Of a stretch of DNA of 64,000 nt, positions 50,060 to 61,455 are shown one piece after another. The position numbers and the translations under genes were made by a program. Within the stretch, counting starts at the first letter, position 1. Every line of letters begins with the position of its first letter. The stretch comes from Marsupella aquatica. Taxonomy: Eukaryota > Plantae > Marchantiophyta. The notes under the pieces are model-generated. The model saw nothing but the letters and a program-made list of their open reading frames with translations. It was not told the DNA's origin and made no database searches. The stretch lies in NCBI GenBank assembly GCA_973895155.1, contig OZ316892.1:18528357-18592356 (forward strand). The letters run 5' to 3'.

Positions 50060-53000
50060 TTATGGATCCTCTATGAACTTGCTTGGCCATAATACCAAAG
50101 AACCTGCAGCATCTCCAAGTGTCTTTTGAGGAGGATCATCATTTGTGTTTGGAATGGGAAGGACAGCTTTAGGTTTCACTAGTAATGTGACTAACACTAC
50201 TGAATAACCTGGGGGAATCCTCTTGCCATGGAACGTTGTGGAACCAACCTGCACTCTGGCAAATCCTACTCGTGTTCCACTCTCATCAACAGCTAACAAG
50301 CCACTTTGTCCCTCAGCATTAGGTGCTTTCCCCACTTCCACCTTAGATCTTTCTGCCAGCACTGTTCTTGGAGGTTTGTATGAAACCTTTGACGTGGCTC
50401 TGCTCCCACCAGCAGACTTGCTTCGTGTGCGCATGCTTCCTCTCTTCACAGTAGTGAAGCTAGGCTCAGTAGGTTCCTCTGTTAGGACTGTCACAGTAGC
50501 AGGTTCATCACCTGGGAGTGTCATACCAACTAACTCTTTGGTTGGATTTATCTCAACAAGAGGCACACCTGTCATTGAGAATGATACATTCTGCAAATCA
50601 TTTATCTCTGCAATGGAGTCAAGATCTACATAGCATGAATCTGGCTCAATGGTATCATTGTCATGCTTGCTGATATCCTCATTTGCCCCAACATTGATAT
50701 CATCCACTCCCTTGCCAATGTCATCCTCATCCAAACATGGTTGACTGCCCTCTGTCAAACAAGTTGCTTGTACAGACTGCAACTTTGTTGCCTCTAAATT
50801 ACAGCGAGTATTTGCCAGGTTCTCATACTTCTTCTCTGTAGCACCTGTCTTATTCTCTATGGACACAACAACCACAATATATGTTACTGAAAATAACACA
50901 TTCAACAAACAATGTCAATTCAAACTATACATTTAATAATCATATCCCACACAGTTGTAAAGGCCTTACCTTCAAGCCTACATGTCGTTGGCATGCCAGA
51001 AGAGTGCATCGACTTTGCCACCTCAAGTGGTGATGGTGGAACTCCTGCAGAATTGGAATCAATTTTATCTCTCACCGACACAACAGCTTCCATTAATGTC
51101 TTGAAGTTCACATGGAACAAGTCAGTCAATGAATTCAAACGTTCATTGATCTCTGGAAGACATGTTTCGACAGCCTTCAAACGACCACTTATCTCTGTAA
51201 GTGAAGATCCACCTCCCTACATGACACAGGGGTATAGGTTCAATCACTCCATATGAAATGTTGGGCAATATATGCACAATCAATGTTATATACAGTGTAC
51301 ACCTGAAATTCAACGCAGGTCATTCAATTACCAATCAGAACTCATATAACTTACATGCTTGGAGGATTCAGATGCACCCTCTTGAGCCCGGGTGTTCACA
51401 ATTTCAGCCCTCAACTCTTCTTTTGAAGGGCTTTGCCCCAATTGGGCTTTCTGCACATGCATGGCAAACACAAGTTATCGATCAATATTCAGGGAACGTA
51501 CACTAAAAAACAAAGTTTACATGTAGGGACAGTACACTAAAAAATAGTACATAGTGTAGCATAAATTACATAGCTAGGCCATTCATTCTTACCAAACGTT
51601 TAGCTGTCGGTGCAGTGCCGGTCCTTCCTGTCAGATTAGGGTTCTGAACACTCAACCTGGCCTCGGTCATCTGTGAACTCTTCTTTTTTGAAGCATCTGT
51701 TACAAAATAAGCTACTAACCTTGCCCACACTTTATCATCACAACTGGCTGGTGGAGGCATATCTGGCTTCTCCCCACCTTCCTTCCAAGCCTTATGCATT
51801 CTCCACCTCTCTTGCTTGATAATTTTACCTGCTGTACTCTCTAGGCAACCTATGTCCACGCCATCATCACTGCCCACATAATTCCATTTGGCAGCAACAT
51901 TTTCACATACAGTCTTCCAATCTTTTGGATGCTGTTTTTTAAAATTAATAACACTCACATCTAACCAACGCAATACTTCAGCTTTCAAATCAGCATGCCA
52001 TCGGTTCTTGCGAGGACACTCAGCATCCACCCATTGTCTCTCATTCAACTTTACGTTCCCTTTCTTTGTCACCTCCCCTCGTGCACTGCTCTCGGTAGTA
52101 CTGGGCGTTGTATTGGCCACCCCTTCATTCACCCTACCTGGGGTTCTGAAGCCACCTGGGAAAATACAATGCCATTCATGCTTGAGAACTACATATAGCA
52201 GAATGGATGACGGCAACATTCAATGCTTCACTTCAAGAAAAATTCTTCAAACATACATACCTGTAGCTCTGCCTGTAGATGCCTGTGCAGGGACTGCACT
52301 CTGAAATTGTTGCGACCCTGGACCACCTGTCCAGCCTAGTACAGGGGCCGGATGATGTCACTTTCTAGGTATGTGTGTGCAAACATATGTACTGAAAACT
52401 AAGTACAAACTGTAGGAAAACAACTGAACATTCACCGACATACCTGTCCCCCTTCCGTGCTGCATCTGCATAGGGGCATTAGTGAATACTTGAGTCGATG
52501 GTTCGACTGTCCAACCTGCACACATACATTTTCTATCATTATACATGTGCAGAGTCCCCCCCACGTGAATGGACTCCACATATAATGAGTTCTTCCATTG
52601 CTGACAAGATCAGACATTACCTGCTCCTCTTCCAGCGTTTGTAGGTACTGAATTTTGATATCCCTGCCAATTACCTTCACCACCTTCCCAACCTTGTTCA
52701 TTCCACGACCCACCACCATCCTCCCAACCTGGTTCAACCCATGTCTGTCCTTGTGGACATTGGAACTGATCATTACTAGCATTTGCCCAATCAGGTTGGG
52801 CAGAATCTGCATGCAATGGCAGGTGGACAGAATTTCATGTTGTCTGAATCCAATACATCCCAAACAATGTCAAAAATTGATATGCAGTCTGAAATTCAGG
52901 AGTGCCATGCCTTCACAAAGAACTGGCATATAGATATATACTCACATCCCCACGGTTGAGGTGGACGTCCATACCCACGAGATTGTGGGTTTGGACCTGC

Positions 53001-53767
53001 TCTGCCTCTACCACGGGCATAACCTAGAGCTTGCCCCCTGCCATAGTATTGGGCACCAGCCTGGGATCTACCACTACTACCACCTCGCCAACCTTGATCA
53101 GAGGTCAGCCCCCCCTGCTGGTATGGTGCATGCACAGGCTTCGAAGGCAAAACAGAACTGGCAGGACGCTGCATCACATCACCAACTACAATGTCAGGAA
53201 CTAAGCAAGGTACATATGTGTAGTACTGAACATATGAAACCTCTAAACAAGAGTTTTTAACTCAAAACCTTGTTGGGAAAACTACTTACATGTTTCTTTT
53301 GGGGCTGCTCTGCAATGTATTCATCTTCATAACCCCCATCCTCATCCATTTCCTCTGGAAAATACTCATCATCTGCATCTTCTTGTCTAGTGTCTGCACC
53401 CACCTGTGCAGCATCAATGTCATCTCCACATTCTGCCATTGTAGGTACGACCTTCTTGCTCAACCTGTCACTCCGACGCACAGGCCCAGAGATAGTGCTG
53501 GTCACCCTTCTTGCGTACTCCTTTTGTTTCTTTGAAAATGCTGTGGCTCTGCGACATTCCAATATGAGAATACAGTCACAATTTCAGTGCCACATTGAAC
53601 TATTCATGTCACACAAACTCAGCGGAGGGGTGTAGTTGAGAATCGTTCCCTTACAATTCAGCCACATCCTTTTCCAGATCCAGTTCTGCGATTTTGGCTT
53701 TCACGTATGCTCGTTGTTCCATAGCTTTCCTTTCATACTCACACATCTCTGTGTCACTCTGTTCCAT
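50060..53767 (-). CDS. TnpA-like multi-exon protein (Ptta/En-Spm Transposase_24 and Tnp1/Transposase_23-like domains)
   Basis: ATG at 53767 after tag|g; exons 53767-53655 and 53548-53290 splice in frame; PPPASCDDKVWARLVAYF...KKSSQMTEAR...TGRTG; C-terminal FHGKRIPPGYSVVLV...LPIP...TLGDAAGSLVLWP; internal exons only partly resolved. Confidence 0.8.
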
Positions 53768-53923
53768 CCTACTGGACCACAAAAACATGTCATCTATGGT
53801 CACCCCGTATAACACAATGCAACCACAATCACCAGGCATCCATCCATACATCTGTGTTGCTTCAGAATTACTTTATTACACATCCTTCCCCTCACTAATG
53901 TCTATGCAAACAATTCACATTAC

Positions 53924-56900
53924 TCATGGCACAGGCACACTGTTGGCATCTGCATCTCTGAATTCGCCTCCTTCAGCAAATGCATCTACCCTTGTCACAG
54001 GAATGAAGTCCCCGCTATCATGAACTACAGGCACTTGGTCTGAACGCCGACGATCAAAGGCACTATGAGAGTGTAAATGAAACTCAAGGTTTGATCCTTC
54101 CATCCGGCGTTGCCTGGCCTGTTTATGACACACTACACGCCAACCTGGGGAGTCTTCCACATCCAGGAAGAAAGCTTGCTCCACCTGACTAGGAAACACA
54201 AATGGCTCAGACCATTCGGGCAATTTCCCTCTGAAATTGGCCAGCAAGAAACCGTCGTTGTCTCTCTTCATGGTAGCCCTGTTACCAAGCCAATCCTGCC
54301 GCACCCATGAACCTTTCATAAGAATCACAGGACTGGACACCGCCCCATAGTCCAGAGCCCATATGTCAACTAATTCTCCCACATATCCCATCTCCATCCA
54401 GGCCCTGTCGTGATTGTGGCTCTGTTGCTCAAATACAGTGATGAGCCCGCAGTCATTCGTCACCCTGTAGGCACTGTCACCATCCTTCACTCGGAAGTGA
54501 TTCCCATATGCTCTCATCCGTTTGTAAGTCTTCACTTTCAGGCTAGGGGCATTAGACAGTAGGTAAACATCTGCATCCATGTCTGGGTGGGTCTCGTGAT
54601 GCTCTCTAATTGCCACTCTGATCCACTCCATGAAACCTGGAAAAGTTGTTCCTGCAGTGGGATGGGCCGCCTTCAATGACTCATACTCCCTGAACGAACA
54701 ACCACACAGCATTAGCTTGGGTAAACATGAACAGGCTGAAGGAGAAAACCACACGAACACAACATTTAAGCTCATGAACTGGATTATAGCACATGTATGC
54801 ACTCACTGTATCCAGGGTTCCATCACCACAGTGTTGTGCAATACAAAGTCATGTGCCAAGTCTCTCATAGATATGGTCAGGTTCTTTGTGGTTGCAGCCC
54901 CTTCCAGTACTTCACCTACCACCCCTTCCTCCTCATCAGAATTCCACACCCTGGTCTTCACATGCTCATATTGTGCTATGTATTCGGTCAGAAATCCCAG
55001 AGTCTCATCCTTGATGTAACCTTTAGCCATGCTTGCTTCAGGTTTGTAATATGTTCTCACGTGACCTTTGAGTAGCTTCATGTACCGTTCCAAAGGGTAC
55101 AACCAACGAGCACTCACAGGCCCAAATTGGTGTAGCTCTTCCACAACATGGACAAGTAGGTGGGTCATGACATCAAAAAATGCGGGAGGAAAATAAATCT
55201 CCAGGTCACACAGCACCTGAGCGACATCTTCTGTCAGTTGTGGGAAGTGTGTTTCATCCCAAACCTTCACACAAATACGACGAAACACATCACTGAGTCG
55301 CATGATCACAGTACGAACAGGCTTCTGCAACAGGCCCCTCAGGCATAAAGGCAACACCTGTTGCATCAACATATGGTAGTCATGGCTTTTCATACTACCA
55401 AGCTTTCTAGTCATGATATGCTTCTTGAAAGCACTGCCATAGTTTGAAGGAACCTTCAAAGAACTCAACCTCTGCACAAATAGTTCCCACTCTGTGTCTG
55501 TCAGAACATAGGGCGCTTGGTACTTCAAGAGCACATCAGCTCTGTGGGCATGTGGCCTCAACCAAAGATGGGGTTTCATTCCCCTCTGTTCAAGATCCAA
55601 TCTCACTGAACCAGTGTCTTTCTCTCCACACAAGAATCTGAGTAGACTCTCACAAATATTCTTTTCAATGTGCATAACATCAATGTTATGTTTGCTTGGC
55701 TCAAACTCCTGCATCGTTGCAATGCAAAAGCGTCAGGAAATGCCTCAAGTTTAGTCTCTCTCTTCGAAATGAATGCACATGCTCTGAACCAAAACATGTA
55801 TCCCAATTAGCATCAACTCCAAGAGGCTTACCCTCCAGTACTTGAGCTCCAAGTCCAATATGCTCAGTCTTTTTACACCATATCGCTTTATTGGATCACT
55901 CACTCCATCTTCCCTGCCCCCTCGTTTGATATAGTCATCCCTCAGTGCTCCCCACTGCCTGATCTCCTCTTTGGTCACTCGTGCCGGGGGTCCACGTTGC
56001 TCAATCTCATTGCCAAAGTGTGCAATCAGTGCCTGTCTTTCTCTGTAAGGGTGATCTGTCTTCAGAAAACGACGATGGCCCATGTATATCACTTTCTGCA
56101 GGGCTCTGGAGTACTCACTGGTGACATTGCGCCCACAGATAGTACAAGCACAATATCCTTTTGTTGTTTGGCCTGATATCATCCCATGGGCTGGGTAGTC
56201 AGCTATAGTCAGAATGACAATGGCTCTAAGGATGAATGGGTTTAACCTCCCAAGCCTCTGTAGGACATCATATGTGAGAACTCCTTCCTCCCAAAGCTTT
56301 CTCAATTCCTCCACTAGGGGAGCCAGAAACACATCTATGTTGGCAGATACAGCACTGTCTGGCCCTGGTATCAGTAGGACCATCAGAACAAAAAATCGCT
56401 TTGTAGTCATCCAAGGAGGAAGGTTATAATTCAAAATAGTTACAGGCCAGCATGAAAATTTGTTGTTCTTGTCTCCAAATGGGTTTACCCCATCCAATGA
56501 CAGCCCAAGTCTGACATTCCTCGGCTCAGCAGCAAATTCGGGATACATCTCATCTATGAGTTTCCATTGCCTTGAATCTGCAGCATGTCGTTGTAGCCCA
56601 TCATCACTTTTCTTGTCAGTTGCCCAAGTCATCATCTCCGAGATGGCACGGCTTCTGAACATCCGCTGAAGTCTGGGAATGAGTGGAAAATGACGAAGTA
56701 CCTTGGCGGGAACCATAGACTTTCCTGAGTTCCGATACCTGTGCTTCCCACACTTAGGGCATGTCAACGATTCTTTATACTCCTTTCTGAAAAGAACATG
56801 CCCATCAGGACAGGCATGGATCGAATCATAGTTCAATCCAAGATTAGATATGCATCTTTTTGCCTCGTACATGTTCTTGGGCAAAATATTACCATCTGGT

Positions 56901-57655
56901 AGCACAGTTGTTCGCAAGAATGCCAACAACTCAGAAACCAAAACGTTGGGGACATTGTGGTTGCCGCAAATGTTCAGGAACATGATGACAAATCCCAGTT
57001 TAGAACATTTGCTACCGGGGTACAAAGACTTCCTGCCTTCCTGTATTTGCAGGGGAGAGCCAAACATCCCATCATGCCCAGGGGTTTCCTGCCCTATCTC
57101 AAACTCATCAAGAGGCTCTTCGACAGGGGGCACACTTGCATCTGCAGCCGTATCCTCTTCATTGTCCAGCCCATCATGAAATGCATCCAAGTCTTGGAAG
57201 ATGTCTCTCACCATCTCTTCCACATGAATTCCTTCGTCACGTGGTGCTGCCTGAGCACCATCCCGTTGGAGAGCTGACAACCCACAGAGACCAGCTACAA
57301 CATTTTCAAATGCACCAGGCAGAACCTCACTTGCCCGTCTTGCAGCATTGGCAGCATCAAATTCTAACCTCCACTCCTCGTCGGAAGAATCTTCCTCTGC
57401 AGGATCATTCCAAACTCGATGTCGTGGATCTCTTCCATGAACCGCGATATGCCGCCAAACCTCATTCAGACCCCTGGTACGGGATCCTTGGCAGATTGCA
57501 CAAGGACATCTCATCCTACTGGCTCCTGAAAGTCTGGTTCGTAACCTTTCACGCTGCCAAAGCTTATTATCATGGCGTGATATCCTTGTGGGATGATGCA
57601 AAGGCAGTGCCTGTGCCCTGGGCTGGGTCTGGGGAGGGTGGTGACCAGGGTGCAT
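53924..57655 (-). CDS. TnpD-type CACTA DDE transposase, apparently intact; exons 57655-55832, 55708-54807, 54689-53924 (~1160 aa)
   Basis: CPCAIC..HIAVHG; IHACPDG...CPKC; KVLRHFPLIPRLQRMF; RNVRLGLSLDGVNPF; TIADYPA; IDVMHIEKN; MKSHDYH; FPPAFFDVMTHLLVH...WLYPLERY; EPFVFPSQVEQAFF; GT-AG introns keep the frame. Confidence 0.93.
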
Positions 57656-58088
57656 TGTAACAGGCTGGGAGCTCTGCAGTCATGGACAGCAGTGAACAAG
57701 GATGCCTAATGGTGGTATTTGTGTTCCATATATCCCTGACTGTATCTGCCAAAAGAGTTAACATAACGTGTACTAAATTCTCACAAACCCTAAACCACCC
57801 CAAAAGAAAAAAACAGGTTCGCAAGTAGTGTACCTATTGTCAAGTGAATGACACAAAATTTCTAAATGTTGGAGGGTGTCACCACCTCCTCCGCTGTCCT
57901 CAAATGTACCGCCTCTGCATGTACGTTTACAGTGACACCCCCAGGCAGCAGGAAACAACAATCCGCCAACAGTAAAATAAGCCCAACTGCCACCAACCAT
58001 AACAAGGTACATTAGTTCAAAGATCACATTTATTTCAATGATCTGATTTATACAAAAAAACTTGTGTCCAAACTGATGCTACTACTCC

Positions 58089-58961
58089 TCACTCTGATTC
58101 AGAATCGCTAATGACCCATTCCTCACTTGTTGTCTCATAGTCCTCTCTGTAAGGATCCTGACCCTTCCGTGGCCAGGCCTCAAAAAGATCATAGTCCATT
58201 GGGTTTTGACGCTTCCCAGCTGCTACTGATTCCACAAGCCAAGCATATGAAACCACAAACACATTATGGGACATGACATAAAAGCGAATGTCTCCCTTCC
58301 CAAACTTGCGGCAGGCTTTGGGATATGACTTAGTAATGACATGAGTGGTGTCCTCTGTTATATTCTCCTCCACTGTCCCACCTAGGTCAAGCACTGTGGA
58401 CTTGTACACTTTGCACTTAACCTCTCCAATTCCCGCCTCCACAAATACCATGCTCAGCCCTTTCAGAATGGGGGTTGGTTGCTTCGTCTCCTCAGCCAAC
58501 ATACTCTTCAGCCTTGTAGAGCTCTGTCCTTTGTTGAGTACAGGTCCATATTGGAGATCAGCAAGCCGTGCCTTTGCTTCCCAGACTTCTTGTTCAGCCC
58601 AAGCTGATGCAGTAGCTTCTTCATCCTCCCACAACTCATATTGCTCAGTATCCTGTACAATCTTATGTGCTATGGAATCTGTGATCCAAGAGGCCTCAAC
58701 TACTTTTAGGCCTTGCTTAGTAATTGCAGAATTCATGTAGGACCATGACCACTTCTTTATCACTGATAGCCATGTCCCTGCAACAACATGTGTAGTCTCT
58801 GGAGTGATGTCCTGAACTACAGTGCCATGGAGCTCAGAGAATCGTTTCTGTACAGTTGGCCAATGCACTTTGGTCAACCCATGCTGGCCATGGACCAAAA
58901 TCGCTCTGACCCCTGTAAACACTGCTGGGTGGTCACACTTTCTACGTTTACCAGGCTCCAT
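58089..58961 (-). CDS. Tandem BRCT-domain protein (transposon cargo)
   Basis: Two repeats: FTGV...HGTVVQDITPETTHVV...VVEASWITDSI...EQYEL and LKGL...LGGTVEENITEDTTHVI...VVSYAWLVESVAAGKRQNPMDYDL, with BRCT GG/THV/W-x-x-x-S hallmarks. Confidence 0.85.
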   Translation of the reverse strand: MEPGKRRKCDHPAVFTGVRAILVHGQHGLTKVHWPTVQKRFSELHGTVVQDITPETTHVVAGTWLSVIKKWSWSYMNSAITKQGLKVVEASWITDSIAHKIVQDTEQYELWEDEEATASAWAEQEVWEAKARLADLQYGPVLNKGQSSTRLKSMLAEETKQPTPILKGLSMVFVEAGIGEVKCKVYKSTVLDLGGTVEENITEDTTHVITKSYPKACRKFGKGDIRFYVMSHNVFVVSYAWLVESVAAGKRQNPMDYDLFEAWPRKGQDPYREDYETTSEEWVISDSESE

Positions 58962-59554
58962 GTACACACACCCTACGTGATGACAGTGAATTTTGGAAGA
59001 ATGGGTTCACCTGACAATACAAGGACAACAAAATTCCTGCTTTTTGAGTTGATCTGGCCCACTGGTGCTCAGGTCCGATTTTGATAGGTACAAGGGATAT
59101 GTCACACAATACGTACTAGGCACCTGCACGGATGCAGGACATTGTTTGAATATATACTACAAAATCCATATCCGTGGTGAAATGAAGTGCAACCAACTTG
59201 TCATGGCACATACATATTTTGTTGTAAAGGAGGATACATTCAATGACAAACTTATAGGGCAATTTGATTAATTGCATGCCTGATAATTTATACGCTTACA
59301 ACTTAGAAGTCCTGTTTTAATTTAGCAGTGTGATGAAAGTGTTTATGAAAATGACCACTCAGCCTAAATACTTCCAAGAAGGCTTGTAAGGATAAGTTTG
59401 TATAGGCATGTACCCAGCCACTGACGCCAGAGCACAAGATAAGTGCTGCCTATATAAACTCGCCTACCCAACTCCTTTTCAAAATTGGAATCTCTGCAAT
59501 CTCAAAAAATAGTACATCCACATCAGGTGCACTGTGCATGTACAATGTTCAGCT

Positions 59555-60235
59555 TCACAGCCAAGATATGTGATCTCTCACAGGAGTGCGCGAGGTAGGA
59601 TCAATGGCATGGCGATGACAATAAAATATCCATCGATCAACACCATGTGCAGAGTGATCATAGATTTCTCTGTCACAAGCATAACCCTCTGCTTGATGAT
59701 CTTTCAGGCAATGATAGTGCCACATAGTGGGACACCTAGCACAGTGGACTATGTCAGTCCAGTAGTCATCATCATGCTCACCACATGCCTTGCACCTATG
59801 AAGTGGGCAAGCTGTGGCATGAGCAGGCAAACACTCAAAACAGAAAAATCTCACACAAAAACGGTCTGGACATTTCCTAACATTTGCTGCAGCATCAACA
59901 GAGCCCTCATAGGACCCCAACTTCCCACACTGTGCACACTTAGCCTGCTTCTCCAAACAATCAGTGCACATCCAGTCTCCCTGGTGTGTTGACGGGAGGC
60001 CCACCCCTGGACAGTTGTTTTCTGCAGCAAGGTCAGACTCCGGGTTGAGGTGGAAATGCCTCATGCAAGGGCCCTCACAAATGACCAGGCCCCCACCATC
60101 GTCACAAATGGCACAACAATGAGCTGCCTTCTGGAAAATCTGACTTGCAGAGAAGTTAGTAGCATCTGCCCCAAGTACACCTGTGTTTCTCACCTCTGTC
60201 ACACGCTTTTTGGCTTGAATTTTAGGCCGTGCCAT
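59555..60235 (-). CDS. Stand-alone EDM2-like composite PHD-finger protein (226 aa)
   Basis: CAICDDGGGLVICEGPCMRHFH...WMCTDC...CAQCGKLGS...CPLHRCKAC...CARCPTMWHYHCL...FYCHRHAIDPTSRTPVRDHI; basic N-terminus (possible NLS). Confidence 0.88.
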   Translation of the reverse strand: MARPKIQAKKRVTEVRNTGVLGADATNFSASQIFQKAAHCCAICDDGGGLVICEGPCMRHFHLNPESDLAAENNCPGVGLPSTHQGDWMCTDCLEKQAKCAQCGKLGSYEGSVDAAANVRKCPDRFCVRFFCFECLPAHATACPLHRCKACGEHDDDYWTDIVHCARCPTMWHYHCLKDHQAEGYACDREIYDHSAHGVDRWIFYCHRHAIDPTSRTPVRDHISWL

Positions 60236-60248
60236 GCCTGCGCATGAG

Positions 60249-60390
60249 ATAGACTCTACAATTTAGCAGACTGCACAGAAAGTAATATATATTTAGCATT
60301 TAAGGTACAAAGGCATTTAGATAGACTCTACAATTTAGCAGACTGCACAGAAAGTAAAATATATTTAGCATTTAAGGTACAAAGGCATTT
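60249..60390. repeat. Tandem duplication, 2 x ~71 bp
   Basis: atagactctacaatttagcagactgcacagaaagtaa...aaggtacaaaggcattt occurs twice. Confidence 0.85.
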
Positions 60391-61005
60391 GCTACTGCAA
60401 TGAATTGGAATGGCCACACAAGGATGCAGAGCACACATACTTTTGGTATGTTGAGCCCACACACAAAACTGATCCCCTAATACAATTTCTCCACCAACAC
60501 CTCAATTTTAATTGTGGCTATGATTCACCAAAGGAGATCTGCAACAACATTTCATGCATTTGAATCACATACAATAGTCGTGACATGTAAAACAGGCATT
60601 CTTCGAAGAGGATTGGTATGAAGCAGTGTCATAAGGGTTGAAATTTATACATCCTAAATAGGTTATGATAGTGGCTGAGACAAATAAGTGAGGCATAAAT
60701 CATTTTGCATATTATCACATGGCCCATTAATTCATTCAACGTTGCAATGTTCACCAGGTTAAAGCAGTCATGAAAGCAGTCTTTCAATAGAGACTTTTAT
60801 GCGAGTTTGCTAGCCTCTTAAATTAGGATATTTTGCTTAGTGCAGGCATAATAGGATATAAGTTATATACTGTTGACCCTAAACCCTGGACCCAAAATTG
60901 CTCATACATCAAAATTTTAAGTAAATATCCTCTGTGTTGAAGTCAGAGTGTTAAGCTATAGGTCAATGGTATCTGGTCTGTGCATGCGGTGTGACAAGTG
61001 GTCCT

Positions 61006-61455
61006 CTAGAGCATGTGATCCAAACATGTGTAGACACCAAAGTCACCGGTGGTGGGGTCTGGGAGGGCAGGACAAGTGACATCACCAGGCACACTGCAGG
61101 ATGGCGAGTGGTTCCAAATGATACATTGTGCTCTATGCAAAAATCGGCATCCAAGAGAACGGTCATCCAATTCTGGGCCAGAAGCCCTACAGGCAGGACA
61201 GTCATATTGGCAACTGTGTACACACCCTTGGCACCTAATTTGTGGCGGGTCATGTACAAGAGACACAAATACCAAGGATGTCGGGAAGGGTACTGAAGCA
61301 AGTAGAGGCCGGCTGTAGTTGTTCCTGGAAACAACAGGGTACTCAAAGTACCATGCAGACTGGGCTGGAAGGATCCCAAGTCTGACATACTCAAGGCGCA
61401 ACATCTCTGCCTTGCGTGCAAGTCGCACATGTTCAGCGTTGCGGGTCCTCACCAT
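61006..61455 (-). CDS. Cys/His-rich orphan protein (149 aa), transposon cargo
   Basis: CQGCVHSCQYDCPAC...C...H...C...H...C...C...CLDH; conserved paralog at 43457-43906. Confidence 0.65.
   Translation of the reverse strand: MVRTRNAEHVRLARKAEMLRLEYVRLGILPAQSAWYFEYPVVSRNNYSRPLLASVPFPTSLVFVSLVHDPPQIRCQGCVHSCQYDCPACRASGPELDDRSLGCRFLHRAQCIIWNHSPSCSVPGDVTCPALPDPTTGDFGVYTCLDHML

Noticed and set aside
54110-59992. Plus-strand ORFs opposite TnpD, BRCT and PHD
   Set aside because: Antisense shadows of the real minus-strand coding regions, with no motifs
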